Source: Pseudomonadota bacterium
GTDB taxonomy: Bacteria; Bdellovibrionota; Bdellovibrionia; Bdellovibrionales; SG-bin7
NCBI GenBank assembly: GCA_034439715.1
Contig: JAWXAY010000066.1
Coordinates: 1-10,685, forward strand
Direction of reading: 5' to 3'
Length of the DNA: 10,685 nucleotides
Below are positions 1-7,450 of this stretch, in pieces. Both the position numbers and the translations under genes were made by a program. Under the pieces are notes generated by a model. That model made no database searches and was not told the origin of the DNA. It saw nothing but the letters and a program-made list of their open reading frames with translations. Position 1 is the first letter of the stretch; each line of letters opens with the position of its first letter.

Positions 1-156
1 CTGATGCGCTAATCCGTGGGAAAGCGTACCAAAAAGAAACATAAAGAGGACAAAATCCCTGAAGAATTAAAGGCGGACAGAATCGCTGGAGAGTTACAAT
101 ACAACACTGAGCCACCACTTCGTGTATTTTTTAGACAGCTCACTAACAATTTACCA

Positions 157-175
157 TGTCTCAATTTTGTAGACA
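157..175. promoter_or_regulatory. Inverted repeat TGTCT-N9-AGACA, candidate activator (bEBP) binding site upstream of the S8 gene sigma54 promoter
   Basis: Sequence TGTCTcaattttgtAGACA is a perfect 5-bp dyad about 55-75 bp upstream of the -24 GG at 231-232. Related dyads occur at 6447-6463 and 10538-10554. Confidence 0.4.
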
Positions 176-229
176 CTTATAATCCAGTGGTATTTCATCA
201 GTTTATCAATATAAGACCCCTTTAAAACT

Positions 230-245
230 AGGCATTAACTTTGCT
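230..245 (+). promoter_or_regulatory. sigma54 (RpoN) -24/-12 promoter of the S8 protease gene
   Basis: AGGCATTAACTTTGCT: GG(231-232)-N10-GC(243-244), matching TGGCAC-N5-TTGCW spacing. It is intergenic and followed by an RBS GAGG (266-269) and ATG 275. Confidence 0.65.
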
Positions 246-274
246 CTTTAAGGTTCTAAACGAGTGAGGTTTAA

Positions 275-1777
275 ATGTCTCAATTTAGGAAGCAAAAAAT
301 ACTGGTGGCAACGCTGTTTGGTCTGTTCTCTGTGACCGCCATAAGTAACTGGTATTTTGGGAGTCAAACAACTCAAGAAGAAGTTAGCTTCATCGAAGAT
401 ATCAGCGGCGCTAACGACGAGTCCAATAGCGATTCCAGTGACGAAGTTAGCAATGAACCAAAGGAGTACGCCGATATCTCTAGTTCTGGTTCCAAACAAA
501 CTCGTACCACAGAACTTGGTAAAATCGAACCCTCAAAAAGCGCTCTTAAAAAAGAAGTCGAAGTTATTTTAGCTGACCCTAAAATGTCAGAGCACTGGGG
601 CATCAAAAAAACATCTTCTCACAAAGCCTGGAACATTACGATGGGCAACCGTGAAATTATTGTCGCAATCATTGATACTGGAATTGATTCTGGACACAAA
701 GATTTGCAAAATAATCTTTGGGTTAATAAAGGTGAGGTTGGATTTGATATTAATGGCAAAGATAAAGCCACTAACGGTGTTGATGATGATGGCAATGGAT
801 TTACAGATGACATCCACGGTTGGAATTTTGCCGGCAACAATAACTCTCTGTTCGACAACCATGGCCACGGCACTCATATTGCCGGCATTGTCGGCGCCGA
901 GGGCGGGAATGGATTTGGCATTAGTGGAATCGCGCCCAAGGTCAGTCTTATGGTTTTAAAGTATTATGATCCAAAAGGTCCTGGCACCAACAATTTATTA
1001 AATACTGTTCGTGCGATCAAATACGCCACGCGTATGGGTGCCAAAGTCATCAATTATTCCGGTGGAGGATCAGAGTATAGCGCTGAAGAATATCAGGCCG
1101 TCAAAGAGGCCAATGAAAAAGGTGTTCTATTTGTGGCTGCCGCGGGCAACGAATCCAATAACTCCGACAAGCAACACTACTATCCAGCCGACTACCCGCT
1201 TTCAAATATTATTTCAGTTACTGCTGCCAACGAGTCCGATACTATTCTACCAACGAGCAACTTCGGCCAACAGACTGTCGACATTCAGGCTCCCGGTAGT
1301 AACATTTACTCCACACTTCCCAACAATGGATTTGGAAATATGACTGGAACTTCACAAGCCACTGCTTTTGTTTCTGGCGTGGCTGTACTTGTGATGGCCA
1401 CCAATCGTGAATATAGTGCCGAGCAGGTTAAAAAGTATATTTTAAAGACCGGCGACGATGTTCCCGTAAGTATGAGAAAAAAAACTAGATATGCAAAACA
1501 GCTTAACTCCTACAAAGCTCTAGTAACTTTGGATCGAGACGTGGCCGCATCGGGAGTGATGGCCGGCAATACCGCCCAAATGAAATCAAACGCTTTTTCT
1601 ATGCCTGAAGAAAATAAATCTTTGAAAATCAATAGGAATGGCGGCGTCGAGTTTGGAGGAGAAAGTGATTTTACCGACTCCACTTCGCAAGTTTCAGCAT
1701 TCGGACAGGACCTCAAAAAACTTTTACCAAGCCTATTAAATAAAGCTACGGCGGCCGAAACTACCCATGGCGAATAA
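275..1777 (+). CDS. S8 family subtilisin-like serine protease with N-terminal signal/anchor
   Basis: 500 aa. Catalytic motifs VAIIDTG (Asp), HGHGTHIAG (His), AAAGN (oxyanion Asn) and GTSQATAFVSG (Ser). NGVDDDGNGFTDDIHGWNF insertion typical of a subtilisin-like subgroup. Basic-then-hydrophobic N-terminus (RKQK-ILVATLFGLFSVTAI). RBS GAGG upstream. Confidence 0.96.
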   Translation: MSQFRKQKILVATLFGLFSVTAISNWYFGSQTTQEEVSFIEDISGANDESNSDSSDEVSNEPKEYADISSSGSKQTRTTELGKIEPSKSALKKEVEVILADPKMSEHWGIKKTSSHKAWNITMGNREIIVAIIDTGIDSGHKDLQNNLWVNKGEVGFDINGKDKATNGVDDDGNGFTDDIHGWNFAGNNNSLFDNHGHGTHIAGIVGAEGGNGFGISGIAPKVSLMVLKYYDPKGPGTNNLLNTVRAIKYATRMGAKVINYSGGGSEYSAEEYQAVKEANEKGVLFVAAAGNESNNSDKQHYYPADYPLSNIISVTAANESDTILPTSNFGQQTVDIQAPGSNIYSTLPNNGFGNMTGTSQATAFVSGVAVLVMATNREYSAEQVKKYILKTGDDVPVSMRKKTRYAKQLNSYKALVTLDRDVAASGVMAGNTAQMKSNAFSMPEENKSLKINRNGGVEFGGESDFTDSTSQVSAFGQDLKKLLPSLLNKATAAETTHGE

Positions 1778-2501
1778 AAAACGCTCTCGTCATTAATAAA
1801 ACAGCGAGGCACAAAGCACCAAAGCCAGCCAAATTGCTTAAGTCTCTAAAAAAAAGTCCTAACACAATTATGGAAAGGCTAGCTGCCAAAGCACCTACCC
1901 AAATAATTTTCTGAGTTGACGGAATATATTTTTGAACATTAGCAATGGGACTAGGACTTGCGAGTGTAATAACTTTATTGCGCATGATTTTAGCAATTTC
2001 ATCGTTTGGATTTACCGATAAGATTTTTCCGTAATTCATCGAGGCGAAAGGAAGTGTCCCCTTGCTTCGACAAAGATTTACAAACAGCTCGTGAAGCCGT
2101 AAATCCTCAAAGTCACTCATTATGTTTTTCCAGAGTTCATGAAGTTCAGGCGTACTGGCTAGTGGTTTTTCGTTTTGAGTAAGCGCTATTGCGCCATGAA
2201 CTTTTGCAAAAATAACTCCACACCGACCACACTCACTTTTGGTGCTGAGATTTTGGGCTCCACATTTAGGACAATCTTGATTTCTATTGGCCTCAAATGG
2301 TTCGATCAACATACTCTTGACGGATATGGCATTTGCCCCAAAATTACTAAACTCTTTCTTATCAAAGCCAAACCAAAACTGTCTTTCGCATTGAAGACAC
2401 TTGAACTGCGGACTTTCGTTCACAATATCTCTACCTGCAATATTGTAAAGCTTAGAGCAAGAAGGACATTGCGTAAGGATGGTTTCCACTGGCGCCTCCA
2501 T
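1761..2501 (-). CDS. Zinc-ribbon domain membrane protein (MJ0042-type zinc finger + second zinc ribbon + two C-terminal TM helices)
   Basis: 246 aa. CPSC...CLQC then CPKC...CGRC Cys pairs, a helical middle region, and two hydrophobic C-terminal segments (IIWVGALAASLSIIVLGLFF; LAGFGALCLAVLLM). Fills the gap between the S8 gene and lnt. Confidence 0.85.
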   Translation of the reverse strand: MEAPVETILTQCPSCSKLYNIAGRDIVNESPQFKCLQCERQFWFGFDKKEFSNFGANAISVKSMLIEPFEANRNQDCPKCGAQNLSTKSECGRCGVIFAKVHGAIALTQNEKPLASTPELHELWKNIMSDFEDLRLHELFVNLCRSKGTLPFASMNYGKILSVNPNDEIAKIMRNKVITLASPSPIANVQKYIPSTQKIIWVGALAASLSIIVLGLFFRDLSNLAGFGALCLAVLLMTRAFFIRHG

Positions 2502-2524
2502 GGGTTTGATGTTAAAAAAGGGAG

Positions 2525-4093
2525 GTGAACAAAAAATTTAAGCGCTTCCTTCCCATTCTAACAGGCATTTTAATTGGCACAAGTTTTATTCCATTTTATC
2601 CCTGGGCAATTTTCTTTGCTTGGATCCCCCTCTGGACCTATTGGCTTGAAAATCCAACGCCCAAAAAAGTATTTTTTTCGGGATGGGTTTGTCAGTTTGT
2701 GCTTACTCTTATCGGCTTTCATTGGATTACCCGCGTGGCCTCCGAGTTTGGCGACCTCCCTTGGATTTTGGCGTTGTTGGCTCTGTTGGCCTTTGCTGCT
2801 TTTTCTAATTTGCAAGTGGCAGTTTCTGGCTGGATTTGGAGTAAGTTGCACAATAAATATTCGTTCTCTAAGCCGCAATCCATAGTTGTAATAGCGTTTC
2901 TCCTGATAATTTTAGAGTATGTCTTTCCGATGATTTTTCCTTGGAACATGGGATACACTTGGTTCTATGCAAATTGGCCGGCCTACCAATGGGCAGATGT
3001 TTTTGGTTTTCAAGGGTTAAGTGCTTTAAGTATACTATTTAATGCCTGCGTGGCTCTATCATTGGAGCGGCGAAAGCTAAAAATATCAAACTGGTGGGTG
3101 CCAGTAGGTGTCGCTGCTCTAATTTTTGTTGGCCTAAATTTGACCGGGAATACTCATGCCAGCCCCTGGCGCCTGACCGACGAGAAAACCAATGTCCTTC
3201 AAATCCAAGCAAACATCGGAAACTTTCAAAAGATTGCCGCTGAAAAACAAGGAATGTTTAAATACGACATTCTTAACGAATACATGAGAATCTCTAAATT
3301 GGGTCTTGAACAACACCCCGATACCAACATGGTAATCTGGCCGGAAACAGCAATTCCTGAATATTTAGATGACCACAATTTGAGTGCACCTTACGCGACC
3401 TTAGTCCGTAATCAGATTCGGGAACTAGCGAGACCACTCGCCACCGGCGCCTACTCTATTGATTTCGGCAAAAACGATTCGGGTGTCTATAATGGGCTGT
3501 TTTATTTTAACGAGCAGGCCGAACTCGTGGCGCCCCCTTATCGAAAACATGTCCTTTTGGCGTTTGGCGAATATTTTCCGGGGGCAGAAATGTTTCCATT
3601 TCTGAAAGATCTCATACCTGCAGTTTCTGATTTCAGACGAGGTCCAGGGCCGCAAGTGACACACTTTTTAAATACCGAGGTGGGTTCTCAAGTTTGCTAC
3701 GAGGGACTCTTTCCAGAAATAACTCGTGGCCTGGTAGATCTCGGCGCACGTCTCATTGTCAATGTCACCAATGATTCTTGGTATGATTTCTTTTCTGAGC
3801 CTCGGCAACACATGTACATGACTTTGGGGCGAGCTGTCGAATTTCGTAGGCCGTTAATAAGAACAACTAACACGGGCATTTCAACAGGGGTTCTAGCCGA
3901 CGGCAGTATTCTTGCATTCTCAAAACTAAATGAACCCATATTTCAATATCTCGAAGTCTCCTATCAAAAAAATCCTGAAAAAACTTTTTTTGCGCGTTTT
4001 GGTCAGTATTATCCTCTGGTCTTAATCTTAGCTTTTGTTATTTTGCTGATAACCATTAGAACCAAAACAGGAAGGCTGATTTCTATTGTATAA
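2525..4093 (+). CDS. lnt: Apolipoprotein N-acyltransferase
   Basis: 522 aa, GTG start. Multiple N-terminal TM helices, FPW.MGY motif, and a nitrilase/CN-hydrolase domain with triad WPETA (Glu), YRKHVLLAFGEY (Lys) and QVCYE (Cys). Also NVTNDSW, QH...RAVEFRRPLIRTTNTGIS and a C-terminal TM helix. Confidence 0.97.
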   Translation: MNKKFKRFLPILTGILIGTSFIPFYPWAIFFAWIPLWTYWLENPTPKKVFFSGWVCQFVLTLIGFHWITRVASEFGDLPWILALLALLAFAAFSNLQVAVSGWIWSKLHNKYSFSKPQSIVVIAFLLIILEYVFPMIFPWNMGYTWFYANWPAYQWADVFGFQGLSALSILFNACVALSLERRKLKISNWWVPVGVAALIFVGLNLTGNTHASPWRLTDEKTNVLQIQANIGNFQKIAAEKQGMFKYDILNEYMRISKLGLEQHPDTNMVIWPETAIPEYLDDHNLSAPYATLVRNQIRELARPLATGAYSIDFGKNDSGVYNGLFYFNEQAELVAPPYRKHVLLAFGEYFPGAEMFPFLKDLIPAVSDFRRGPGPQVTHFLNTEVGSQVCYEGLFPEITRGLVDLGARLIVNVTNDSWYDFFSEPRQHMYMTLGRAVEFRRPLIRTTNTGISTGVLADGSILAFSKLNEPIFQYLEVSYQKNPEKTFFARFGQYYPLVLILAFVILLITIRTKTGRLISIV

Positions 4094-6395
4094 TTACTCT
4101 TCGATAGATTGGAATTTTATAACTTCGAAATTGGCCACGTTTTCAACGAGCGAAATTGGCCGCTCCCTTTTGTTACAGACGGCACCCCTCAAAAACGCCG
4201 AACAGGCCACCGACAGCATGCGCGAAATTCAAGAAGGCATTGATCTCAATAAAGGGGGTTTTAGGCCTTCGATGCAGAGTTTAGATCTTTTTGAAACATG
4301 GTTTTTGCGGTTAACAAAAGGTGGCGTGCTCAAGCCTCTCGAACTTCGTGACGTCCGCCACTTGTGCCACGAAATGATCGCCCTACGATCACTTTGCGGG
4401 ACAGTGGAATCCCATTGGGCAAAAAAAATATATGGACAACTAATGGATGCTGAAAGCGCCCTGTCGGCCATAGACCATTTATTATCTCCTGACGGTGAAG
4501 TCAGAACCGATGCGAGCGAAACTTTATATGGGCTTTATCAAGAAAAGCTTCAGAAGTCTCAGCAGATTCAAAAGGAACTTGATCAAATTGTACAAAAACA
4601 TCAAATGGAAAATCTCCTCCAGGATAAATATGTGACCAATCGTGAGGGACGGTGGGTATTGCCAATAAAAAGCGGTATGCAACATAGTTTTTCAGGAATA
4701 ATTCATGCTACCAGCCAGACTAAACAAACAGTTTTTATGGAACCCAGTGAAATTATTCCCATCAATAATCGCATACGCGAAATTGAGGCACTCATTGAAA
4801 AAGAAATTGATACTCTTTTGCGGCAATTGTCGGAGTATCTTGTTACATTTTCTGATGAATGGCTTAAAGCCAAAGGAACTTTGATTGAAGCCGACCTTAA
4901 TTTTTCAAAAGCCCAGCTTTGTGTCGAGCTAAACGCTGAACCTTGTCAGTTCACTGAGAGCCACTTGGAGTTATTGGACTTAAGGCACCCGGTTTTAGTT
5001 TCGAAAAAAGAAAAAGTCGTGGCTAATACCGTATCGCTATCATCGACTGATGGGATTCTCTTGTTATCGGGCCCCAATGCCGGCGGAAAAACTGTCCTGT
5101 TAAAATCTATCGGGCTTGCCGCCCACATGGCTAGGTGTGGTTTGTTAATTTGCGCTCGTGGTACCTCCAAGTTACCCTTTTTAAAAAATATTTTTATCAC
5201 GGTTGGTGATGCGCAAAATGTGGACCTCCATTTAAGCACCTTTGCCGCTCACTTAAAATCGCTAAACGAAGCTTGTACTGCCAAGGGTTCTGACAGTTTA
5301 TTGTTGATAGATGAAATTTGTGGCTCAACGGACCCTGAAGAGGGCTCTGCCCTAGCGCGAAGTTTTATTGAACAGTTTGCTAAAAATCAAACGTTTGCCA
5401 TTATTACTAGTCACCTGGGCCCTTTAAAACTAGGTTGGGATGCTGGCTCTGGTGTAGTTAACGGAAGTCTCGAAAGTGATTTGGAGTCTGGCACACCTAC
5501 CTATCGCTTTATCCCAGGCGTAGCTGGTCAATCGCTCGCAATTCAAACGGCGAAGCGGGTGGGGGTGGGTAAAAATATAATCGTGCGGGCCATCGCACTT
5601 TTAAGTCCTCTGGCCCAGTGGCAACAAAAAACTCAAGAAGAAGTCACTCAACTAAAAGATGGTTTGAAGGCGGCTCGGCAGAATTACGAAAAAGAACTGA
5701 AAGAAGTTAATGCAACGAAGAATCAATACAGCAAACTTATTGAGAAGTTTAAAAAAGAACGAAATGTCTGGTTAGAAAAATCTATTAAAAAAACTGAAAA
5801 AGTTATTGACGAAATGCTGTCTCAAGCGAAAGTTGTGCAAATTTTTGATCGCCACGAAAAATTGCAGAACCTAAAAAAAGACCTACCCCAAATAATTGGC
5901 TATAATGATCCCAAGAGTGCGGATGTAATAAACTCAACCGAAGAATTTGCGAAAAAATGCCCCCCAGGCACCAATGTGTTTATTCCTTCGCTCAATCGCT
6001 CAGGTATTATTCAGAGTCCACCCAATAATAGTGGCGAGGTCTTCGTCTTGTCGCAATCCATGCGTGTCAGTGTGGCCTGGCAACAACTCCAAACCTCAAA
6101 AGCTGAGACACCACCGCCACACCGGGGTTTTGTGTTTCAACAAACTCTTGATAGCGATACGATCATTGATTTAAGGGGAAAGCGAGTCGATGAGGCCATT
6201 CAAGAATTAGAGATAGCGCTCGATTCAGCTGTCACTAAGCAAGAACAAAGGATTAAAGTCATACACGGCCATGGCACTGAAACTTTAAAACGTACTGTAA
6301 GATCATACCTCTCACGTAACCCCAGCGTAAAGGGCTGGAAGGCTGGCGGTAGCGAAGCTGGCGGTGACGGCGTTACCTGGGTTGAGTTTATTTAG
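4086..6395 (+). CDS. mutS2: MutS2 family endonuclease/ATPase with C-terminal Smr domain
   Basis: 769 aa, TTG start overlapping the lnt stop, GGAAGG RBS at about 4070-4075. Motifs R.GRWVLPIK and GIIHATSQTKQTVFMEP, Walker A GPNAGGKT, STFAAHL, Walker B LLIDEICGSTDPEEG, ITSH, a coiled coil, and Smr domain DLRG...IHGHGTETLK...GGDGVTWVE. No N-terminal mismatch-binding domain. Confidence 0.96.
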   Translation: MYNYSSIDWNFITSKLATFSTSEIGRSLLLQTAPLKNAEQATDSMREIQEGIDLNKGGFRPSMQSLDLFETWFLRLTKGGVLKPLELRDVRHLCHEMIALRSLCGTVESHWAKKIYGQLMDAESALSAIDHLLSPDGEVRTDASETLYGLYQEKLQKSQQIQKELDQIVQKHQMENLLQDKYVTNREGRWVLPIKSGMQHSFSGIIHATSQTKQTVFMEPSEIIPINNRIREIEALIEKEIDTLLRQLSEYLVTFSDEWLKAKGTLIEADLNFSKAQLCVELNAEPCQFTESHLELLDLRHPVLVSKKEKVVANTVSLSSTDGILLLSGPNAGGKTVLLKSIGLAAHMARCGLLICARGTSKLPFLKNIFITVGDAQNVDLHLSTFAAHLKSLNEACTAKGSDSLLLIDEICGSTDPEEGSALARSFIEQFAKNQTFAIITSHLGPLKLGWDAGSGVVNGSLESDLESGTPTYRFIPGVAGQSLAIQTAKRVGVGKNIIVRAIALLSPLAQWQQKTQEEVTQLKDGLKAARQNYEKELKEVNATKNQYSKLIEKFKKERNVWLEKSIKKTEKVIDEMLSQAKVVQIFDRHEKLQNLKKDLPQIIGYNDPKSADVINSTEEFAKKCPPGTNVFIPSLNRSGIIQSPPNNSGEVFVLSQSMRVSVAWQQLQTSKAETPPPHRGFVFQQTLDSDTIIDLRGKRVDEAIQELEIALDSAVTKQEQRIKVIHGHGTETLKRTVRSYLSRNPSVKGWKAGGSEAGGDGVTWVEFI
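6344..6377 (+). repeat. Direct repeat copy 1 (within mutS2 3' end; attL-like)
   Basis: TGGCGGTAGCGAAGCTGGCGGTGACGGCGTTACC (34 bp). Matches 9337-9369 at every position apart from one extra G. Confidence 0.93.
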
Positions 6396-6446
6396 ATTTA
6401 CGAGGCTGTACCATTGACCTAATCACCGAACATTTTTGAGCACTGC

Positions 6447-6463
6447 TGTCTCAAGTTTTGACA
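6447..6463. promoter_or_regulatory. Dyad TGTC-N9-GACA upstream of the trypsin-like gene sigma54 promoter
   Basis: TGTCtcaagttttGACA. Shares TGTCTCAA with the dyad at 157-175. Confidence 0.4.
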
Positions 6464-6500
6464 TTTTTTTGCCCTTAAACCGAATGATTCTCGTTCCTTA

Positions 6501-6516
6501 TGGCATACCCATTGCA
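6501..6516 (+). promoter_or_regulatory. sigma54 -24/-12 promoter of the protease-TPR operon
   Basis: TGGCATACCCATTGCA: GG(6502-6503)-N10-GC(6514-6515), near-consensus. Followed by RBS AGGAGA (6532-6537) and ATG 6542. Confidence 0.8.
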
Positions 6517-6541
6517 ATTTCACTTCGCCACAGGAGATTTA

Positions 6542-7450
6542 ATGCGGGCAGTATTTATTCACTTGATAATGACACTTTTTTTTAGCGCTCAAGGCTTTGC
6601 CTGTGATTCTGACGAAGTTAGCTTGATTATAGGAGGTGACCAAACCACCCTCTGCGGTGGCGCAAGAGCAGATATCGAAAGCTCACAAATAATTTCACCC
6701 GACGGCTTCAAAATCACCACCTTTCTCTCGGGGTCCGCCGCAATTGCAAGAGCCGAATCCGAGCAACGCAATCGACTTCAGGCCATAAAGAACGAGGTAA
6801 AGCATCTCGTTTTTTCGATAATCGGTGCTAGCGGAAAAGAATATGGCACGGCTTTTACTTATAAAAATTATTTAATCACATCTTTACACGTAATTCTTTT
6901 AGCTAATGAGGATAAACTCTTTGTCTTCAATGCCACGACTAACCAAACAATTCCCATTGTCGGCTACATTCCTCTAGCCAAACCTTCTCCTGAAAAAACG
7001 ATTTCTATTAACGAAGACCTAGTGATCATTGATACAGGTCTCAAAACTAACACTACCATTGAGACCAATAGATTAAACGAACTCGATATCAATCAATATT
7101 TTGAATTGAGTTTTCCGATAATTGATCGAAAACTGTTTGATCCCGGCCTCAGCGTTGGTACTATATTTAGAACTACTAGTGAGGGGCTGTTTTATCTCAA
7201 TCGCAGTGGTCAAGATCGTGGTTCAAGTGGCGGTCCGATTTTTGACTTTAGAACAAAAGAAATTTTTGCAGTCAGCATTTGTATACTTTCAGAAAGAAAT
7301 CTCGTTGTTGGGATAAATTTGTACGATGCCGTAAGCAATTACGAAAAAAATCGCGAAAGTTTTTCTTACTTCACCAATCCACCGCGTGATTTATTTAAGA
7401 TAGATTATCCAGGTTGTCCTGTCATCGGCGGACGCGGCGGCGGCCCCTGA
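6542..7450 (+). CDS. Exported trypsin-like (S1/Trypsin_2-type) serine protease
   Basis: 302 aa from ATG 6542 (preferred over 6500 because of the RBS and promoter). Signal peptide MRAVFIHLIMTLFFSAQGFA. Triad motifs GTAF...YLITSLHV (His), EDLVII (Asp) and GSSGGPIF (Ser). Confidence 0.85.
   Translation: MRAVFIHLIMTLFFSAQGFACDSDEVSLIIGGDQTTLCGGARADIESSQIISPDGFKITTFLSGSAAIARAESEQRNRLQAIKNEVKHLVFSIIGASGKEYGTAFTYKNYLITSLHVILLANEDKLFVFNATTNQTIPIVGYIPLAKPSPEKTISINEDLVIIDTGLKTNTTIETNRLNELDINQYFELSFPIIDRKLFDPGLSVGTIFRTTSEGLFYLNRSGQDRGSSGGPIFDFRTKEIFAVSICILSERNLVVGINLYDAVSNYEKNRESFSYFTNPPRDLFKIDYPGCPVIGGRGGGP

Noticed and set aside
16..225. 69-aa ORF and other possible gene fragments at the window start (e.g. 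frame ending TAA at 42-44)
   Set aside because: No recognisable motif, and it overlaps the S8 upstream regulatory dyad. The frame and strand of any truncated upstream gene cannot be determined.
2575..2590. TGGCACAAGTTTTATT sigma54-like -24 half site
   Set aside because: No GC at -12, and it lies inside lnt.
248..6174. Many short alternative-frame/antisense ORFs inside the S8, zinc-ribbon, lnt and mutS2 genes
   Set aside because: They are shadows of well-supported genes with no motifs or RBSs.
6396..6480. Intrinsic terminator after mutS2 (dyad followed by T-run at 6464-6470)
   Set aside because: The stem TGTC/GACA is too weak and AT-rich for a confident terminator. Reported as a possible protein-binding dyad instead.
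6500..6541. ORF-track start of the trypsin-like gene at 6500
   Set aside because: It overlaps the sigma54 box. ATG 6542 has an AGGAGA RBS and gives a proper signal peptide.
6542..6604. Lipoprotein lipobox in the trypsin-like protease (GFA-C), tempting given nearby lnt
   Set aside because: Poor match to [LVI][ASTVI][GAS]C. An SPase I site followed by a disulfide Cys is equally plausible.
7414..7449. ORF-track start of the TPR gene at 7414
   Set aside because: It adds an implausible Arg-rich extension overlapping the protease. ATG 7450 in the TGATG overlap is more parsimonious.
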